A stretch of 64,000 bases of DNA. Origin: Paraspadella gotoi (taxonomy: Eukaryota > Animalia > Chaetognatha). The stretch spans positions 28,972,079 through 29,036,078 of the forward strand of contig CM119263.1 in assembly GCA_051294375.1 (NCBI GenBank). The letters run 5' to 3'. Position numbers and translations under genes: made by a program. Shown in pieces: positions 1 to 14,920 of the stretch; positions within the stretch are counted from its first letter, which is position 1; each line of letters begins with the position of its first letter. The notes under the pieces are model-generated. The model was given only the letters and a program-made list of their open reading frames with translations, did not search any database and was not told the origin of the DNA.

Positions 1-1010
1 GGAACTTTTCCTTAAATTCAAAATTCCCCCCGACAGTTCACATCACGTACTCACGCGTCTCACAGATCCAAAAGGGTCACTCCTTACAACCTCCTTCTTC
101 ACAGATCACAGGTCTTCTTACCATTACCTACCCCACCCACTCACCAACTCTCCCCTTATTTCTTCANNNNNNNNNNNNNNNNNNNNNNNNNNNNNNNNNN
201 NNNNNNNNNNNNNNNNNNNNNNNNNNNNNNNNNNNNNNNNNNNNNNNNNNNNNNNNNNNNNNNNNNNNNNNNNNNNNNNNNNNNNNNNNNNNNNNNNNNN
301 NNNNNNNNNNNNNNNNNNNNNNNNNNNNNNNNCTCCCTCCATCTTCCTCACCTTTTAACTTACCCAAGTTCTCAACATTACCTCGCCACTCCGCCACTCG
401 GCCCTCCTTACTCTCCGCCTTCCCTTCCCTCTTCAGGTCAACGTCGAATGATTTCTGTCGTTGTTGTCGTTGTTGTTGTTGTTATCATTTCCGTCTGTCG
501 AGGTCACCGACGCGTTTACCTAAATCGAGACGCGACGAGCGACGCGTCTTCCATCTATTCATGAAGGAGGAAGACGACGACGACAAAGACGACGACAAAG
601 ACGACGANNNNNNNNNNNNNNNNNNNNNNNNNNNNNNNNNNNNNNNNNNNNNNNNNNNNNNNNNNNNNNNNNNNNNNNNNNNNNNNNNNNNNNNNNNNNN
701 NNNNNNNNNNNNNNNNNNNNNNNNNNNNNCGACGACGATGAAGAAGACGAAGGGACGACGACAAAGAAGAAGACAAAACGACGACCGACCGCGGTATCAG
801 GGACCAATACGAACGGGAATGAGGAGAAATGACAAATAAGAGGACAACGAAAAACATTTGGGACAAAGGATTTAGTGATAGGGTCAATCAACAAGCAACA
901 AATTATCAATATTAAAACATAGGACTGTCAAGGGTTGAAACCAAATTAAATAAGAACGGTGACATAAAGAGGAGTCATAAACATTAAACAAGCACTGATA
1001 AAAACAAACC

Positions 1011-1042
<32 letters not shown>

Positions 1043-2160
1043 NNNNNNNNNNNNNNNNNNNNNNNNNNNNNNNNNNNNNNNNNNNNNNNNNNNNNNNNNN
1101 NNNNNNNNNNNNNNNNNNNNNNNNNNNNNNNNNNNNNNNNNNNNNNNNNNNNNNNNNNNNNNNNNNNNNNNNNNNNNNNNNNNNNNNNNNNNNNNNNNNN
1201 NNNNNNNNNNNNNNNNNNNNNNNNNNNNNNNNNNNNNNNNNNNNNNNNNNNNNNNNNNNNNNNNNNNNNNNNNNNNNNNNNNNNNNNNNNNNNNNNNNNN
1301 NNNNNNNNNNNNNNNNNNNNNNNNNNNNNNNNNNNNNNNNNNNNNNNNNNNNNNNNNNNNNNNNNNNNNNNNNNNNNNNNNNNNNNNNNNNNNNNNNNNN
1401 NNNNNNNNNNNNNNNNNNNNNNNNNNNNNNNNNNNNNNNNNNNNNNNNNNNNNNNNNNNNNNNNNNNNNNNNNNNNNNNNNNNNNNNNNNNNNNNNNNNN
1501 NNNNNNNNNNNNNNNNNNNNNNNNNNNNNNNNNNNNNNNNNNNNNNNNNNNNNNNNNNNNNNNNNNNNNNNNNNNNNNNNNNNNNNNNNNNNNNNNNNNN
1601 NNNNNNGAGAGTTTTTCGTCTCGCGTTAGTCATTTGAATCGAAATTTATGAGGAGAAAACTAAAAACAAAAAGGCGATGGTAACTTTTCACCCCCACCCC
1701 ACCCCACTCCCTGTCCCTACACAACCACCAGGGCACAAAATCTCCCCTTCGCTCCGACCCACTGTCAGGGAAATGCTAATCTTTGCATGCCTCGTTGTCA
1801 TGGGTGTGAATCTTTCCATGCTTCGGTGTCAGGGGAATGTTTGTCTTTCCATTCCTCACTGTTATGGAAACGTCCGCACGCATTGCGGTCCAGTGTCAAA
1901 GTAGAACTCTTAGCTGATTTTTCCCGTCTGTTCGTGTCGGTTCGTGTCTGTTCGTGTCTGTTCGTAAGTCCGTCCTCGTCTCCCTACGCCATTCACGGAA
2001 TGAAAGCCCGCTCCCGAGTCGAAGTGAAAAAAAAGTCTTTCACGTGAAACTCACCAAAATCTTTCGCCTCATTTTGCAGCTTTTTATGGCTGTCGGATCC
2101 GAGGGCCAAGAAATTCGCTGGAAAATAAAAAGAAAAAGAGAATAAGAATTAATGTATATA

Positions 2161-2286
<126 letters not shown>

Positions 2287-4837
2287 GGGAATAAGGATTA
2301 ATTTATAATTGGTTTCTTTCTATTCCTTTCTTAAGAATACCTAACTTTTCCAATTTTTTTAATTGTTTTAGAATTTTAAATTTTTTTTTATTGTTAAAAT
2401 GGTTTTTGGCTTCGGGCGAATTGAAAATCTATATTCTAAATCAGAGGTTTTTTTTCATATTTTTTTCATTTCTTCAGCATTTTATGAAAATTTAGGTTTT
2501 CCAGGGTTTTTTGGAAATAAAAGAAAAATAGGAGCTCGAAGGAGTTGGCTCGGGGCCAAATCTAATCCCGATGGTCAAGAATGGAGAGAAAGAAAGAAGG
2601 AAGGAAAGATAGAAGAAAGAAAGAAAGAAAGAAAGGCAGGCAAATCAAAAGATAAGAAAAGAAAATGATAGTTACCTTGTTTTCATAAAGAGTAGCGAGA
2701 CTGATGTTGTAGACGAAATCTCTGAAAATCAAAAGAAAAACAATAATCAATATTCGGCCATCTTGTGGCGGATGAGGGAAAGAGCGAAGGATGGGGGGGG
2801 GAATGGGAGGGTAGGGTGAGTGGGTGAGGTTGTTTTTAGGTTAAGGGGAATGAGAAGGAGAGAAAGAAACTTCGCTAACTCCACTTGACCCAAAATTTCG
2901 CCTACGTGACTGAGGTGAAGTTTTTGAAAAACTCGGCTTTCTCCTGGAACATATTATTTATTGTTATTGGCTGCTTTGCTTTAATTCTCGGTAAGTGTAG
3001 CTTTTTATGAGTCTACCTGTTGTCAGTGTGTCTCGGTATGTTTAACTTTCTCGACCGCAAATAAGTTGGTTTTTTTTGTCTTTTTAACTTTTGTCATTTT
3101 TTTCTTAAGTTTTATTCTCCGCTTAGCTTATTTTCAGTTTGGCTCTCAGGGGCTTTTTTTAAATTTTAATAGAATATAAAAAAGTTAAAAAGAGTTTTTT
3201 TTTATTCATTTTTCACGGAAAAAGTTCGAAAAGAAGTCGATTGTGAAATAGTGAGGGTGAAAAGTTATTTACCCTGGCAACGCCATAAATTCGATTGAAA
3301 AAAGTAGGGCTAAAACTCGGGGGCGGTTGGANNNNNNNNNNNNNNNNNNNNNNNNNGAGTGGAGAAGACAGACCAAATGTGCATCGAGAGAGAAAGAGGT
3401 AAGACAGTGAGAGAGGCGCGCTAGTAAGACGTAGAGCCCACTCTTCCACTCACAACAGTCAGAATATTTTCTATTCGTGAACCGTTCCGCTCCCGAAATT
3501 CTCACGTCGTACATAGATGGACGTCGACTTCTGTTGCGAGTGGCGGAGAAGACACAATGAGGAGAGAGAGAGAGAGGAGGAGAGAGAGAGAGAGAGAGAG
3601 ATATGATGTCAAGCGAGACGAGAGTGCACATGTTAGAGGACAGCAGAAGTTTGAGAGAAGGCGAGATGAGACCGAGCTTTTTGTTACAGAGCGTTATTTC
3701 TCTTTGAACTCATTCTGCAAAAAATTAGATCGGAGAAATAAAATACAAATCAAGGAGATTGCGTGCGCTTCAACCTCTATTTTCACTACATCTCCGAAGA
3801 CTGTCTAAACCAGGGAATCCTCTTACGGTTTCCGACCCTGAGGCGAAATTGTAAATTTTTAAATGCCTCGTTGTCATGGGTGTGAATCTTTCATCTTTCT
3901 CGGTCGTTCCAGGGTGGCAATGTTTGTTATCAATTTCTCTTTCTGCTCACTAGTTTATGGTAACACCGTTCGTCCACGCTATGCGGCTCAAGTGTCATAC
4001 TCAGTAGTCTCAACTCTTAGTCCTGATTTTTCCTCTGTTCGTGTTCCTTTTCGTGTCACGTTCCGCTGTCTCCTGTTCTGAGTCGTTCTCGTCCTCTACC
4101 GTCTACTCTCGTCTCACACATGTCTCATACACCTGGGCAAAGTGGGCAGTGGTCCCTTCGTTCTCCATCCATCTCTTGTTCAATGGGTTTTTAATTAAAA
4201 GACGGGCTTCGACGTAATTTTCTCGGAAGTCATCTCTCCTCTCTCTCTCTCTCTCCTCTCATCCTATCTCTCTCTCTCTCTCCTCTCCTCTATCTCTCTC
4301 TCCTCTCCGTCTCTCTCTCTCTTCTCTCCCATCTTTCTCTCTCTCAACGGACGCCAAACTCTGGGGAGTAAATCTGTGAAAGTGACTCGTGTGAAAATCT
4401 GGTGATGACGGACGACGAAGACGACGTGAGAATTTGGGGCGGACGGTTCACGAATCGTGGAGGAAGGAAAGGGAGATGTGAGAACTTGGGTCACGTGAGT
4501 GTGACCCTCGTGAGAGACTTGAAATATGGGAAATGGAAGTTTCGGAAAATTGAGACATTGATCATCGATCATCTCAATCACATCCTCTTCTCTGTGAGAT
4601 ACAAAGAACAGGTTCACAACATCTTAATAAATTACCAGTAACTGATAGTTATGAAATAACTACTTTTTCTATAAAATAGAACGAGCTTAAATTTGTAAAC
4701 ACTGAACAATGAACATAGAATCCTAGAAGCAGTTTACAGTTTTAACTCTCGTGAACAGTTGTGACTTGTGACTCGTGAGCTCAACGCATTAGAAATGCAA
4801 TAACCGACAAAATGGCCGAACACTTCAGTCTATTAGA

Positions 4838-4889
<52 letters not shown>

Positions 4890-6706
4890 AGCCCTCCTTC
4901 GGGAAAAACAAGTTATTTCGGACCGAAATTTTCTACTCGAAATCTTTTCGTCTCTTGAATTTCCTCGAGTCTCAGACGTAGAGACATTCGTCGTTGTCGT
5001 CGTCGTCATCGTCGTCTCCATCGACCAGGAGTCGAAACGGAAATGACTCAAAAGTCTAAATCATTCGAACCCTGGGACAAAAACTCGACAAAGATCGATG
5101 ATAAGAATTCGAACTGAGACCAGATGAAACTTGTCCTTTGTCTATATTTAGTTTTGTCCGTTTTAGTTATGGTTGAATATTATATGTAACTCGTATCAGT
5201 CGTATTTACAATTCGGCCCATCAATCCAAATGTCCGGAACAAAATGCCAGCTTTTAGCAACACAGCTGATACTTATTTAAATCAAAAAGTCGATGGAAGC
5301 TACAGTTAGTTTGCCTAAGCTGAAAAAGAAAATAAAACTTGCCTCAGATTTGATATTGAAAAAGCGTCAAAACGCATCTTAATTTAAAGCCTTCCTAAAT
5401 AGCCAATATTGTATCATAGTTATTATTAAAAAGTACAGATTGATAAACCATGAAAACCAAGAGAAAGATTTTATCCGGAAAATGTGGACGCGAATTTACA
5501 AAAATCCCAAGGGACAATTTTCTTCTCGCTTTCCTTAATTTTCTCTCTCCTTTTTCTTCCCCTTCAATTTTCAATATCTTCCTTTTTCCTCCCCCCTTTT
5601 TTTTTCTTCATTCCTTTTTTTAAGCCAGCGCCGAATCCCCGCCTGATGGAAAAAGAATCAAACTGGGATTTGATTGATAAAACAAAAGACTCGCGCTACG
5701 TTTGAACGGAGATGAAGAAATTTAACTAAACCTTTTTTTTATTTTAGTTTTATTGCTTTTGAAAGTTGGGNNNNNNNNNNNNNNNNNNNNNNNNNNNNNN
5801 NNNNNNNNNNNNNNNNNNNNNNNNNNNNNNNNNNNNNNNNNNNNNNNNNNNNNNNNNNNNNNNNNNNNNNNNNNNNNNNNNNNNNNNNNNNNNNNNNNNN
5901 NNNNNNNNNNNNNNNNNNNNNNNNNNNNNNNNNNNNNNNNNNNNNNNNNNNNNNNNNNNNNNNNNNNNNNNNNNNNNNNNNNNNNNNNNNNNNNNNNNNN
6001 NNNNNNNNNNNNNNNNNNNNNNNNNNNNNNNNNNNNNNNNNNNNNNNNNNNNNNNNNNNNNNNNNNNNNNNNNNNNNNNNNNNNNNNNNNNNNNNNNNNN
6101 NNNNNNNNNNNNNNNNNNNNNNNNNNNNNNNNNNNNNNNNNNNNNNNNNNAACACACACACCACGCCTATCACCCGCCCCACGCACGACTCTCCCCGTCC
6201 TCACCCGCCCCTCTCATAACTCTCTCATCTCTCTCTATGCGAGTCTCTCTCTCCAGCTCGAGAGAGAGGAGGGGAGCCCAACACCACTCACCATCGCTAT
6301 CGAGGAGGAGAGCACAGGTAGATCTCGCTCTCTCCCCGCTCCCTCTCCTTTCTCTCTCTCAGTCCTCTGTCTCTCCTCCTCTCTCTCTCTCTCTCTCTCT
6401 CTCTCGCTACTCTGCCCGCATCTTCTCTATCGCCCATAAAAAGAGCGAGAGATTCTTCAAACAATATTTTTTTTAATCCTTTTTTTCTCTCCGCGTCTTC
6501 TTGAATTTTCGTCCCTCGGGAATCATTGATGAGAATTAGGAGAAGTGGAAAAGAGAAGAGAGATAGGGAATTGAAAATAGAAAAGAAGAATAGAGAAGTG
6601 GAAACGGAAAGATAAAGGCAAGAGAGCAAGAGAGAGTGGGATACGAGAAAGGAAATAATGGACGATGAACAGACTTTATAAAAAACGAAGACCATCATTC
6701 TTAAAT

Positions 6707-6750
<44 letters not shown>

Positions 6751-6851
6751 TTCTCTCTCTCTCTCGCTCTCTATTCCGATCCAAAGGAATAAAAAAATTG
6801 GTCATGACATCCGACATTCTTCTGTCTCATTTCTGTTTATTTTTCTTCCCC

Positions 6852-6904
<53 letters not shown>

Positions 6905-7645
6905 GTGATCGCCAAACTGAGAATCAGAATGAGAACAGCAACTGAGCGAATTAAAAATTAAAATCCTGGTTTCAACCGATCAGAATCAAAAGCAAAAGTT
7001 ATTAGCCGATCGGGGAAACAAAATAGTTTCAAAAAAGCAGACGATTAAAAATTCTCACTAAATATTTTTACTAGCTAATTACTCCACGGTCGAATTTTGA
7101 TTACAATCATTTTAAAATCACTTTACAATCATTGTAACATTTTTTTGACTCAGACTTTTCTCCGCTAACGATTATTATCGAAGTAAGTTACTTAAAATTT
7201 CCTCGGAGCATAAAGGGGAAAGAAAATCCGATTTCAAGGAGAGAGAGAGNNNNNNNNNNNNNNNNNNNNNNNNNNNNNNNNNNNNNNNNNNNNNNNNNNN
7301 NNNNNNNNNNNNNNNNNNNNNNNNNNNNNNNNNNNNNNNNNNNNNNNNNNNNNNNNNGAGAGAGAGGGAGAGAGAGCGCTTTGTTCTCTGATCTCCCGCA
7401 AGGGTAAGTATCAAAAACGGGAGGTAAGTCACACGAAGTCGGAGATAAAGTCATTTGCGTCGAGGTAGAGGTGAGTAGAGGTGAAGGTGAGGTAAGGTGA
7501 GGTCAAAGTCGGTTTCCAATCTTTCAGCTTTCAAATCGCTGCCACAAACAACAGTGTCTGTAACGAAGGTTATTAATATATTTTAATGATGAGAATGACT
7601 TTAATGTCAAATTTGAAGCACTGACTCATAAGAGAAAGCCACAGA

Positions 7646-7745
7646 CGCCAATGACGATGCCATGGACAAGAATGACGACGCCATCAACGCCAATGACCAC
7701 GCCATCAACGCCAATGCCGACGCCAACGCCAACGCCAACGCTATC
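7646..7745. repeat. Degenerate 21-bp / (AACGCC)n minisatellite
   Basis: Repeated acgccatcaacgccaatgac-like units grading into aacgcc repeats. Confidence 0.7.
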
Positions 7746-7854
7746 AGACCAACGAGGACGTGAATAGACGTCAAATCGTCGTTGCTCTTTTCTCTTTCGA
7801 TTCTCGTAAATCCGTCAACTAAGATTCGATTCGTAAACAAAAAAGGTCGTCGTA

Positions 7855-7904
<50 letters not shown>

Positions 7905-8817
7905 TCCTTTCCAAGGCTACCGGATTTTTTTCCTTTCTTTTTTATGGTAGGGGGTAAAAGAAGGGAGGAGTGCTGGGGCGATCAGGGGGGGCAGGAGTGG
8001 TCTTTGATTTATTCATTTAGACTCTGGTGGTCGAGTTGGGAGGTGGAAAACGAAAAGAGGGGACCAGGTTGGGGGGAGTGATGAATGGAGTGAGAGGGTG
8101 ATTTTGAAATGAGTCTCGTGAGGTGAGAGAAATGGAAGATGGAGTGAAGCAGTTGGATTCTTTTACACGTTTCTTAATCCGTGACGTGCAGACGTGAAAT
8201 TTCATTTTAGTCTTTAAGATAAACTTAATTTAGGATTTGTATTTACTTACAAGTCTTCGCTTTGTTAACCATTCAAAGTTACATCTTTTCTATTTGTAAA
8301 AATTAATACTAACGAAACTGACTGACTAGTAATTCCGTCACGGTTCGCTCTCTCTCTCTTCTCTCGTCTCCTCTCGTCTCGTCTCCTCCTCCTCTCTTCT
8401 CTCCTCGTCGTCCCTCTCTCTTGATCTCTCTCCTCGTCAGATAATCTTGCGAAACATCTGCTTTCGTTCCTTAATGAACTTTATCATCTGCGAAATATTC
8501 GTGTGATTGTTCTCAACCGAGATTGTAGATGAGGCTGAAGAGACTTTTTAGCAGAGTGGTGTCGACGGCAGCGTGTAGTTGGAGCGGTCTCGTGATTGGG
8601 AACACTCAAAAAAACAAACTGAATCTCTGCTGCCTTCTCTCTCTTGTCTCTCCTCTCTCGCTCTCTCTCTCTCTCATAGTTTTCAACCGAAGCGAGCTCT
8701 TTGGGATGAAGGAGCAAAATTGTTTTTTTTTTCTTTTCCCGCGCTGATAAGTCAGTCTCTCTCTCTCTCTTCTCTCTCCCATCTTCTACTCGTCTCGTTC
8801 ATGCTGCCTCTTCCCCG

Positions 8818-8871
<54 letters not shown>

Positions 8872-9476
8872 TACGCCAGAATTCTAAAGTAATTCCGAGT
8901 GTAAACATCTTCTACTTGGTTGCAGCGATGACATTTGATATTTGATCTACCATAACTTCACCTTTAGATGTGTTTACGAGATTAAGACAAACATGAAAAG
9001 CCCAAACGTGAAAAAAGCTCAACGTTTGAAAACCCAAACATTGGAGAAACCCAAAAAAAGTATAGGTTTGAATATCATATAGCCTGTCCAAAGTCAGGGG
9101 CTATATATCTTTAAGGAGTTTAAATGTACAAAAATTTTTTTTAAAAACAATTGAAAATTTTCATACTTGAAAACGAGAGAATGTCTATAGTTTAAGAAGC
9201 AAAAAGCTTTGAAGGCCCAAAAAAACAAGTCTCTTAAAAGCAAAGCTTGTAAAGAGTCAAGCAGTAGGTAAGCGTCTTCCCCCTGATTCGTTTCAGGACA
9301 TTTTATGACTATAGATAAGGCTTAAAAACTTTCAAAGTGAAATTAGATCAAAATATAACAATGTAAGTTTAATAGAGGAGTTTCATTCAAAAACATTAAC
9401 ACTCCTTCATTGGAACACCTTTTGTCAGAAAAGAAGAAAGTCATCGATCAAAGAAAAAAAGAATAAAATAAATAAG

Positions 9477-9507
<31 letters not shown>

Positions 9508-9661
9508 AAGGTTGATAATCGCGATCGACCAAAGTCCGCGATCGATCGCTCCTTTTATGGCGTCAAAACCCGGATGTAATTTGAATAATTCCGTCAAATT
9601 AAAAATTTAAATCATTTCGGGTCATTCTCTCTCTCTCTCTGTTTATGAATCAAAATTACCG

Positions 9662-9721
<60 letters not shown>

Positions 9722-11104
9722 GCGATTCGTCATACGCGATAAAAAATATAGTAAAGACTCAAAACTCAAAAACTCTCGAGGCCACAAATCGAGAGAAAAA
9801 CATTTCGCTTCTCAACGAGACGACGAAAGAAAACACATTACGACGAAACAAGAAACAAAACAAAATAAAAGCGATACAAAGAAAAGATAATATAAAACAA
9901 TGTGAAAAAAAAATAAACGTACAGGAAGGTAACCAAACATAAAAACGTGAAAGAAAACATATTTAATGGCGAAACGAAACATTAAGACAACTCGAAGATC
10001 TTTTGAGAAAAAACCGAAAACGAGAAATAAAAGAAAAAGAAAAAAAATGATTATTTAAAAAAAGAAGAAGAAGATAACGACGTCTCTTAACTGTCGTCGG
10101 GAGGGAAAGAGAAAGAAATAAAAAAGGGGAAATAGAGAAGTAAAAGGAGAGAGAAAGAGAGAAGAGAAAAAAAGAAAAGTGTTTCAATCAGCGGATTTGA
10201 AATTGAAAAAAAAAATAGAGAAGTCACGTCTCATTGACGATTCGATTCGTCTGGAAAACGTCGCGAGTTCGTCTCAATTTAAATCTCTCTCTCTCTCTCT
10301 CTCTNNNNNNNNNNNNNNNNNNNNNNNNNNNNNNNNNNNNNNNNNNNNNNNNNNNNNNNNNNNNNNNNNNNNNNNNNNNNNNNNNNNNNNNNNNNNNNNN
10401 NNNNNNNNNNNNNNNNNNNNNNNNNNNNNNNNNNNNNNNNNNNNNNNNNNNNNNNNNNNNNNNNNNNNNNNNNNNNNNNNNNNNNNNNNNNNNNNNNNNN
10501 NNNNNNNNNNNNNNNNNNNNNNNNNNNNNNNNNNNNNNNNNNNNNNNNNNNNNNNNNNNNNNNNNNNNNNNNNNNNNNNNNNNNNNNNNNNNNNNNNNNN
10601 NNNNNNNNNNNNNNNNNNNNNNNNNNNNNNNNNNNNNNNNNNNNNNNNNNNNNNNNNNNNNNNNNNNNNNNNNNNNNNNNNNNNNNNNNNNNNNNNNNNN
10701 NNNNNNNNNNNNNNNNNNNNNNNNNNNNNNNNNNNNNNNNNNNNNNNNNNNNNNNNNNNNNNNNNNNNNNNNNNNNNNNNNNNNNNNNNNNNNNNNNNNN
10801 NNNNNNNNNNNNNNNNNNNNNNNNNNNNNNNNNNNNTGGGTATTATGGGGTCGGGATGGGGTGGGCATAAGACATTCAGTCGTGACCTGGAAAAAGCGTT
10901 GATTTGATTTGATTTGTTTTGATTTCGTTAAACGAAACGAATGAATTTTTAAAGTCCAATTAATTCTCGAAATGGATTACAGATTGTAAATCAGGCTTTG
11001 GTGAAACTGCAGCTTTACAGAAATCAAAGTTGCCACTGCATCTCGTTGTTCTGTGACTTTGGCTTTGATCTTCGATCTCTGTACAAGCAAAGTGACCATC
11101 GGCT

Positions 11105-11257
11105 GATTCCATTCGCCTCTACCCAATATGAACGGCACTTTGGTTCCACATCAACATCCAGTTCGATTACACTTCGATTCCTCATTGATTCCATCTAGAT
11201 TCTAGTTATATTCCTCATCGATTCCATCTAGATTCCACTTCGATTCCACTTCGATTC
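11105..11257. repeat. Degenerate 11-bp tandem repeat
   Basis: Units like gattccacttc, gattccatcta and gattcctcatc. Confidence 0.7.
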
Positions 11258-11377
11258 TTTTGTGATTTCCTCAGAGGTCAAGGGGTCAACTCTTTTCTGC
11301 TTCGACGGAAGAAAAGGATGAACCTTTGGTTCCACTTGAGTCCAAAAGCGGATCTCCGTTGGAAAATCGAAATTTAA

Positions 11378-11448
<71 letters not shown>

Positions 11449-11749
11449 AAAATGAAAGACACACACAATGACACACTATCCCTTTTGCTTTTTCTTCTTG
11501 CTTTTCTTTTGCTCCAAGACGCTTTTAAAAGCCTCAAACGAGAAGCAACAAAAAAAACTGCGGAAATAAAAAAAAAGTTTTTTTTTCCTTGAAAAAAGAA
11601 AAGTTTTAAACTTTGAAACCCTATTAAACAAATTTGTTGGGTAACGAGCTCAAGAATTTTTTTTTCTTCCCTTTTGCCCAAGAAAAAGAGAAAGACCAAC
11701 AAACTCGGGCGCCCAAAGGTCACCTCTCCAAAATAGAGAGATCGAATTT

Positions 11750-11792
<43 letters not shown>

Positions 11793-12378
11793 TTTAATCC
11801 CAACCAAATGAAGTATTTCAGATTTAGCCTTTCATAAAACATAAATATCAGCACTATCGATCCAAACAAATGAACAAAATATATCTAAACTAAATTCAGA
11901 TTTAATCGATGAAGGAACGAGATAATTTGATTTTATTAAATGTTAGGCTCGTTATAAAACGCTTTCCTAACTTTGAAAAAGAAAATACTGTTTCCAAATT
12001 CGCTGAATGACTTGTGAAAGGTCGGCCTAATTAGCCAGCTCCTCTGAAATCTCATTAAACCTAAAGTCTAAGATAAATACATATCTGTTCGCTGAGATTA
12101 CTGCTATTAGATAAAATAAGACAACAGCTTAGCTTTGTCCCTAATCCTAAAGAGCTACAGCCGTATAAATTGACCTGGAAGTCAGATAGATATCTCAACG
12201 CCTTTTCTAAAGGCTAAAGGCTTTTAAGCTAATCTCACTCTCCTTGTATTTTCTTTCACCCTCTTCCTCCCCCTCCCTTTTTCCCCCATCCTTCTCCTCC
12301 CACTGTCCCTTCTCCTCCTCTCCCCCTTCAATAACCCATCATTATCCTCCTCCCTCCTCTTCCCCCTCCCCCACTCAC

Positions 12379-12472
12379 CTGGCGCCAATCAACGCGTTTT
12401 GTCCTTCGACCATCAAAATCTTGAACGATGATTCGTTGGTTGGAGCGCGGAATGTTCGGACAGCAGCCACGT
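12379..12472 (-). CDS. Sema1a: Semaphorin second coding exon (start of Sema domain); remaining exons not found in the window
   Basis: 94-nt exon bounded by ttgacag| and AG|gtgagt, encoding (D)VAAVRTFRAPTNESSFKILMVEGQNALIGAR. This matches the Sema-domain motif FKLL..D...LLVGAR. Phases fit (2+90+2 nt). Confidence 0.8.
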
Positions 12473-12769
12473 CTGTCAATAAAGCAAATATACATTACAT
12501 AAATATGAGGGGAAAAAATGAAAGAAATCAGTATTAATTATATTTAAAAATAAAGATAATTACATTTTTCGTAGCACCGCTCTCGCTCCCAACGATTTAA
12601 ACTTGTTTACCAAATCATTGTCTATTTTATTTTATGAAAATAATCGTTTTTCAATTTACTATTTACATTAAGGGCACGAACTTTATACATTTGAACTTTT
12701 AGAGTTCAACCCTGGGCTCGTGCGGAGAGTCCTTTCTTATTTGTGGAATGAATGAATTAATAAATGAAT

Positions 12770-12784
12770 GAAAGAAAGGAAGAT

Positions 12785-12819
<35 letters not shown>

Positions 12820-12823
12820 AATA

Positions 12824-12911
<88 letters not shown>

Positions 12912-12932
12912 AAAAAATATAGAAAGAAAGAA
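12770..12932. repeat. (AAAG)n microsatellite
   Basis: Long AAAG run. Confidence 0.95.
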
Positions 12933-13128
12933 AGTCAGTCTGTCAGCAAGAAGTAAAGATGCTAAAATTCAAACGAACGGATCATAGATCTTAACTCGAA
13001 GTCGTAGTACAACGGAAATAAAAGTCGAATTACGGTCTCTCTCTCTCTCTCGCTCTCTCTCTTTCTCTCTCTCTCTCTCTTTCTTTTTCTCCCTCTGGTT
13101 TTAACTTCATTTCCTCTTTATCTCCAAT

Positions 13129-13176
<48 letters not shown>

Positions 13177-13532
13177 CCCGTTACTAATTTTCTTTTTTTA
13201 TCTCTCTCTTCCCGTCAAAGGAAAATAAAAACGACCTGTTTTTCTTTCTTTAATAACCAAGAAAACAAAAAGTTAACCGTCACACGGTTCGACTCTTCAA
13301 GGAAAAAAAACATGAGAAAAAACAAAAAAGAAAACAAAAAGAAAAAACATTAAAACATGAAAAGTGACAAGGGCGAAACCTTAATTTACATCACATAAAA
13401 AACCAGTTTGATGTTCGAGCCAAAAAAAAATAAATTTAAAAACCCAGTTTACTTTTTAATTATCATTTCTTTCGTTCATTGACCGAGGATTTTCTTTCTT
13501 AACTATGGAAAATAAGAAATTAAGAAAATACT

Positions 13533-13572
<40 letters not shown>

Positions 13573-14325
13573 AGAGAGAAGAGAGAGATGAGGAGAGACG
13601 AGAGAGAAGAAAGAAAGAGAGAGAGAGAAGGAGAAAGATTAAACTGATTTCTTTAATTCGATTTTGTCTCTCCTCGTGGAAAACAGTTGAACTGCGTCGC
13701 AGATAAACTGAATTTCCCGACTCTTCTTTCACTCTCATTCACTCTCTCTCAATATTTCTCTCACACTCTCTCTTTTTCTTTCTCTATTTCGCTCTTTCGC
13801 TCTCAATACATTTTATTTGAATTTCGCCTTAAATCTTAGTTCCAACTTTTAACTTAATTTTTTTGGCGGGAAATGTTCGTCCATGTCGTTCTTGTCGTCC
13901 ATGCCATGTCATATTCGTTCATGCCAACCTCGTTATTATAATTGTCCATGCCAATGAAATTTTATAGATAAACTTATAGTTTGAACAAATAACATTGTCA
14001 GTATGGAAATCTCTCCCCCCCTCACGACCCCTCCACGACCCAGCCGCGATCCAAGGACCTTCAGATTCACGCGCCAAAGCTCAAGCCAAGTTCACCGCCG
14101 CGGTCGGACCCTAATGTCTACGTCATCGTCGTCGTCGTCGTCGTCGTGGTAATATGCAAATGATATTTTGATCGATAGAGAACGAATGATTGACGTTTAA
14201 CAAGAGACCCAAATTTCCTTTTTCGAAATTTTGGGAGAAGAAAAAAAAGGAATAAAAAAACTTTTTTGGGGTATGTAGTTTGAAAGACCCAAAAAACTGA
14301 GAAAAGATGAATGAGAAACAAAAGA

Positions 14326-14387
<62 letters not shown>

Positions 14388-14595
14388 AGAGAGAGGAGAG
14401 AAGGAGAGGACCGTCCTTTTAAGACGGCTCTCGCCGAGTTATTCAAATTAAAAAAAAAGGGATCGTCTTGAATTCATTTTATATTCATTATTTACTCGTT
14501 GTTTATTCATTGTTTACTCGATGAACAGACATCCTTGCTCCGTGAATCCTGGACATCCTTGAAAGAGGATTTTCTCGTTTTGATCGTGACCTTTC

Positions 14596-14920
14596 TTTTT
14601 AGTTGAGTCGCGATTACTCGCGGAGCAACTCTATAAGTCACTTTTCGATCGGTCTGTCGGTGGGTATGTCTGTCCGTCGGTCTGTCCCACTTACGTTGAA
14701 AACGCTTATAACTTGCCTAATAGACAAATTGTTAAAACCTCAAATCTAAGCGACTACTAGCGCCGCCATTTGTTTTTAAAGAAATCTTATAAGCTATAAG
14801 GAATAAAAGAGGTGAATACGAATGCAGAGCGTCTTGTATTTATACGGAAATACAATTGATAAGCAAGTAAAAATAAAAGTAATGCGGCGCAACACCCTGG
14901 GATAACCGTTCCTTGTTTTT
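14596..14920 (+). mobile_element. Possible non-autonomous DINE-1/HINE-like element
   Basis: T-run, gtcgcg...cgcg..caactctataagtcac, a (GTCN)n-like microsatellite (ggtctgtcggtgggtatgtctgtccgtcggtctgtcc), ending ccttgttttt. The layout recalls Helentron-associated elements; no coding sequence. Confidence 0.35.
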
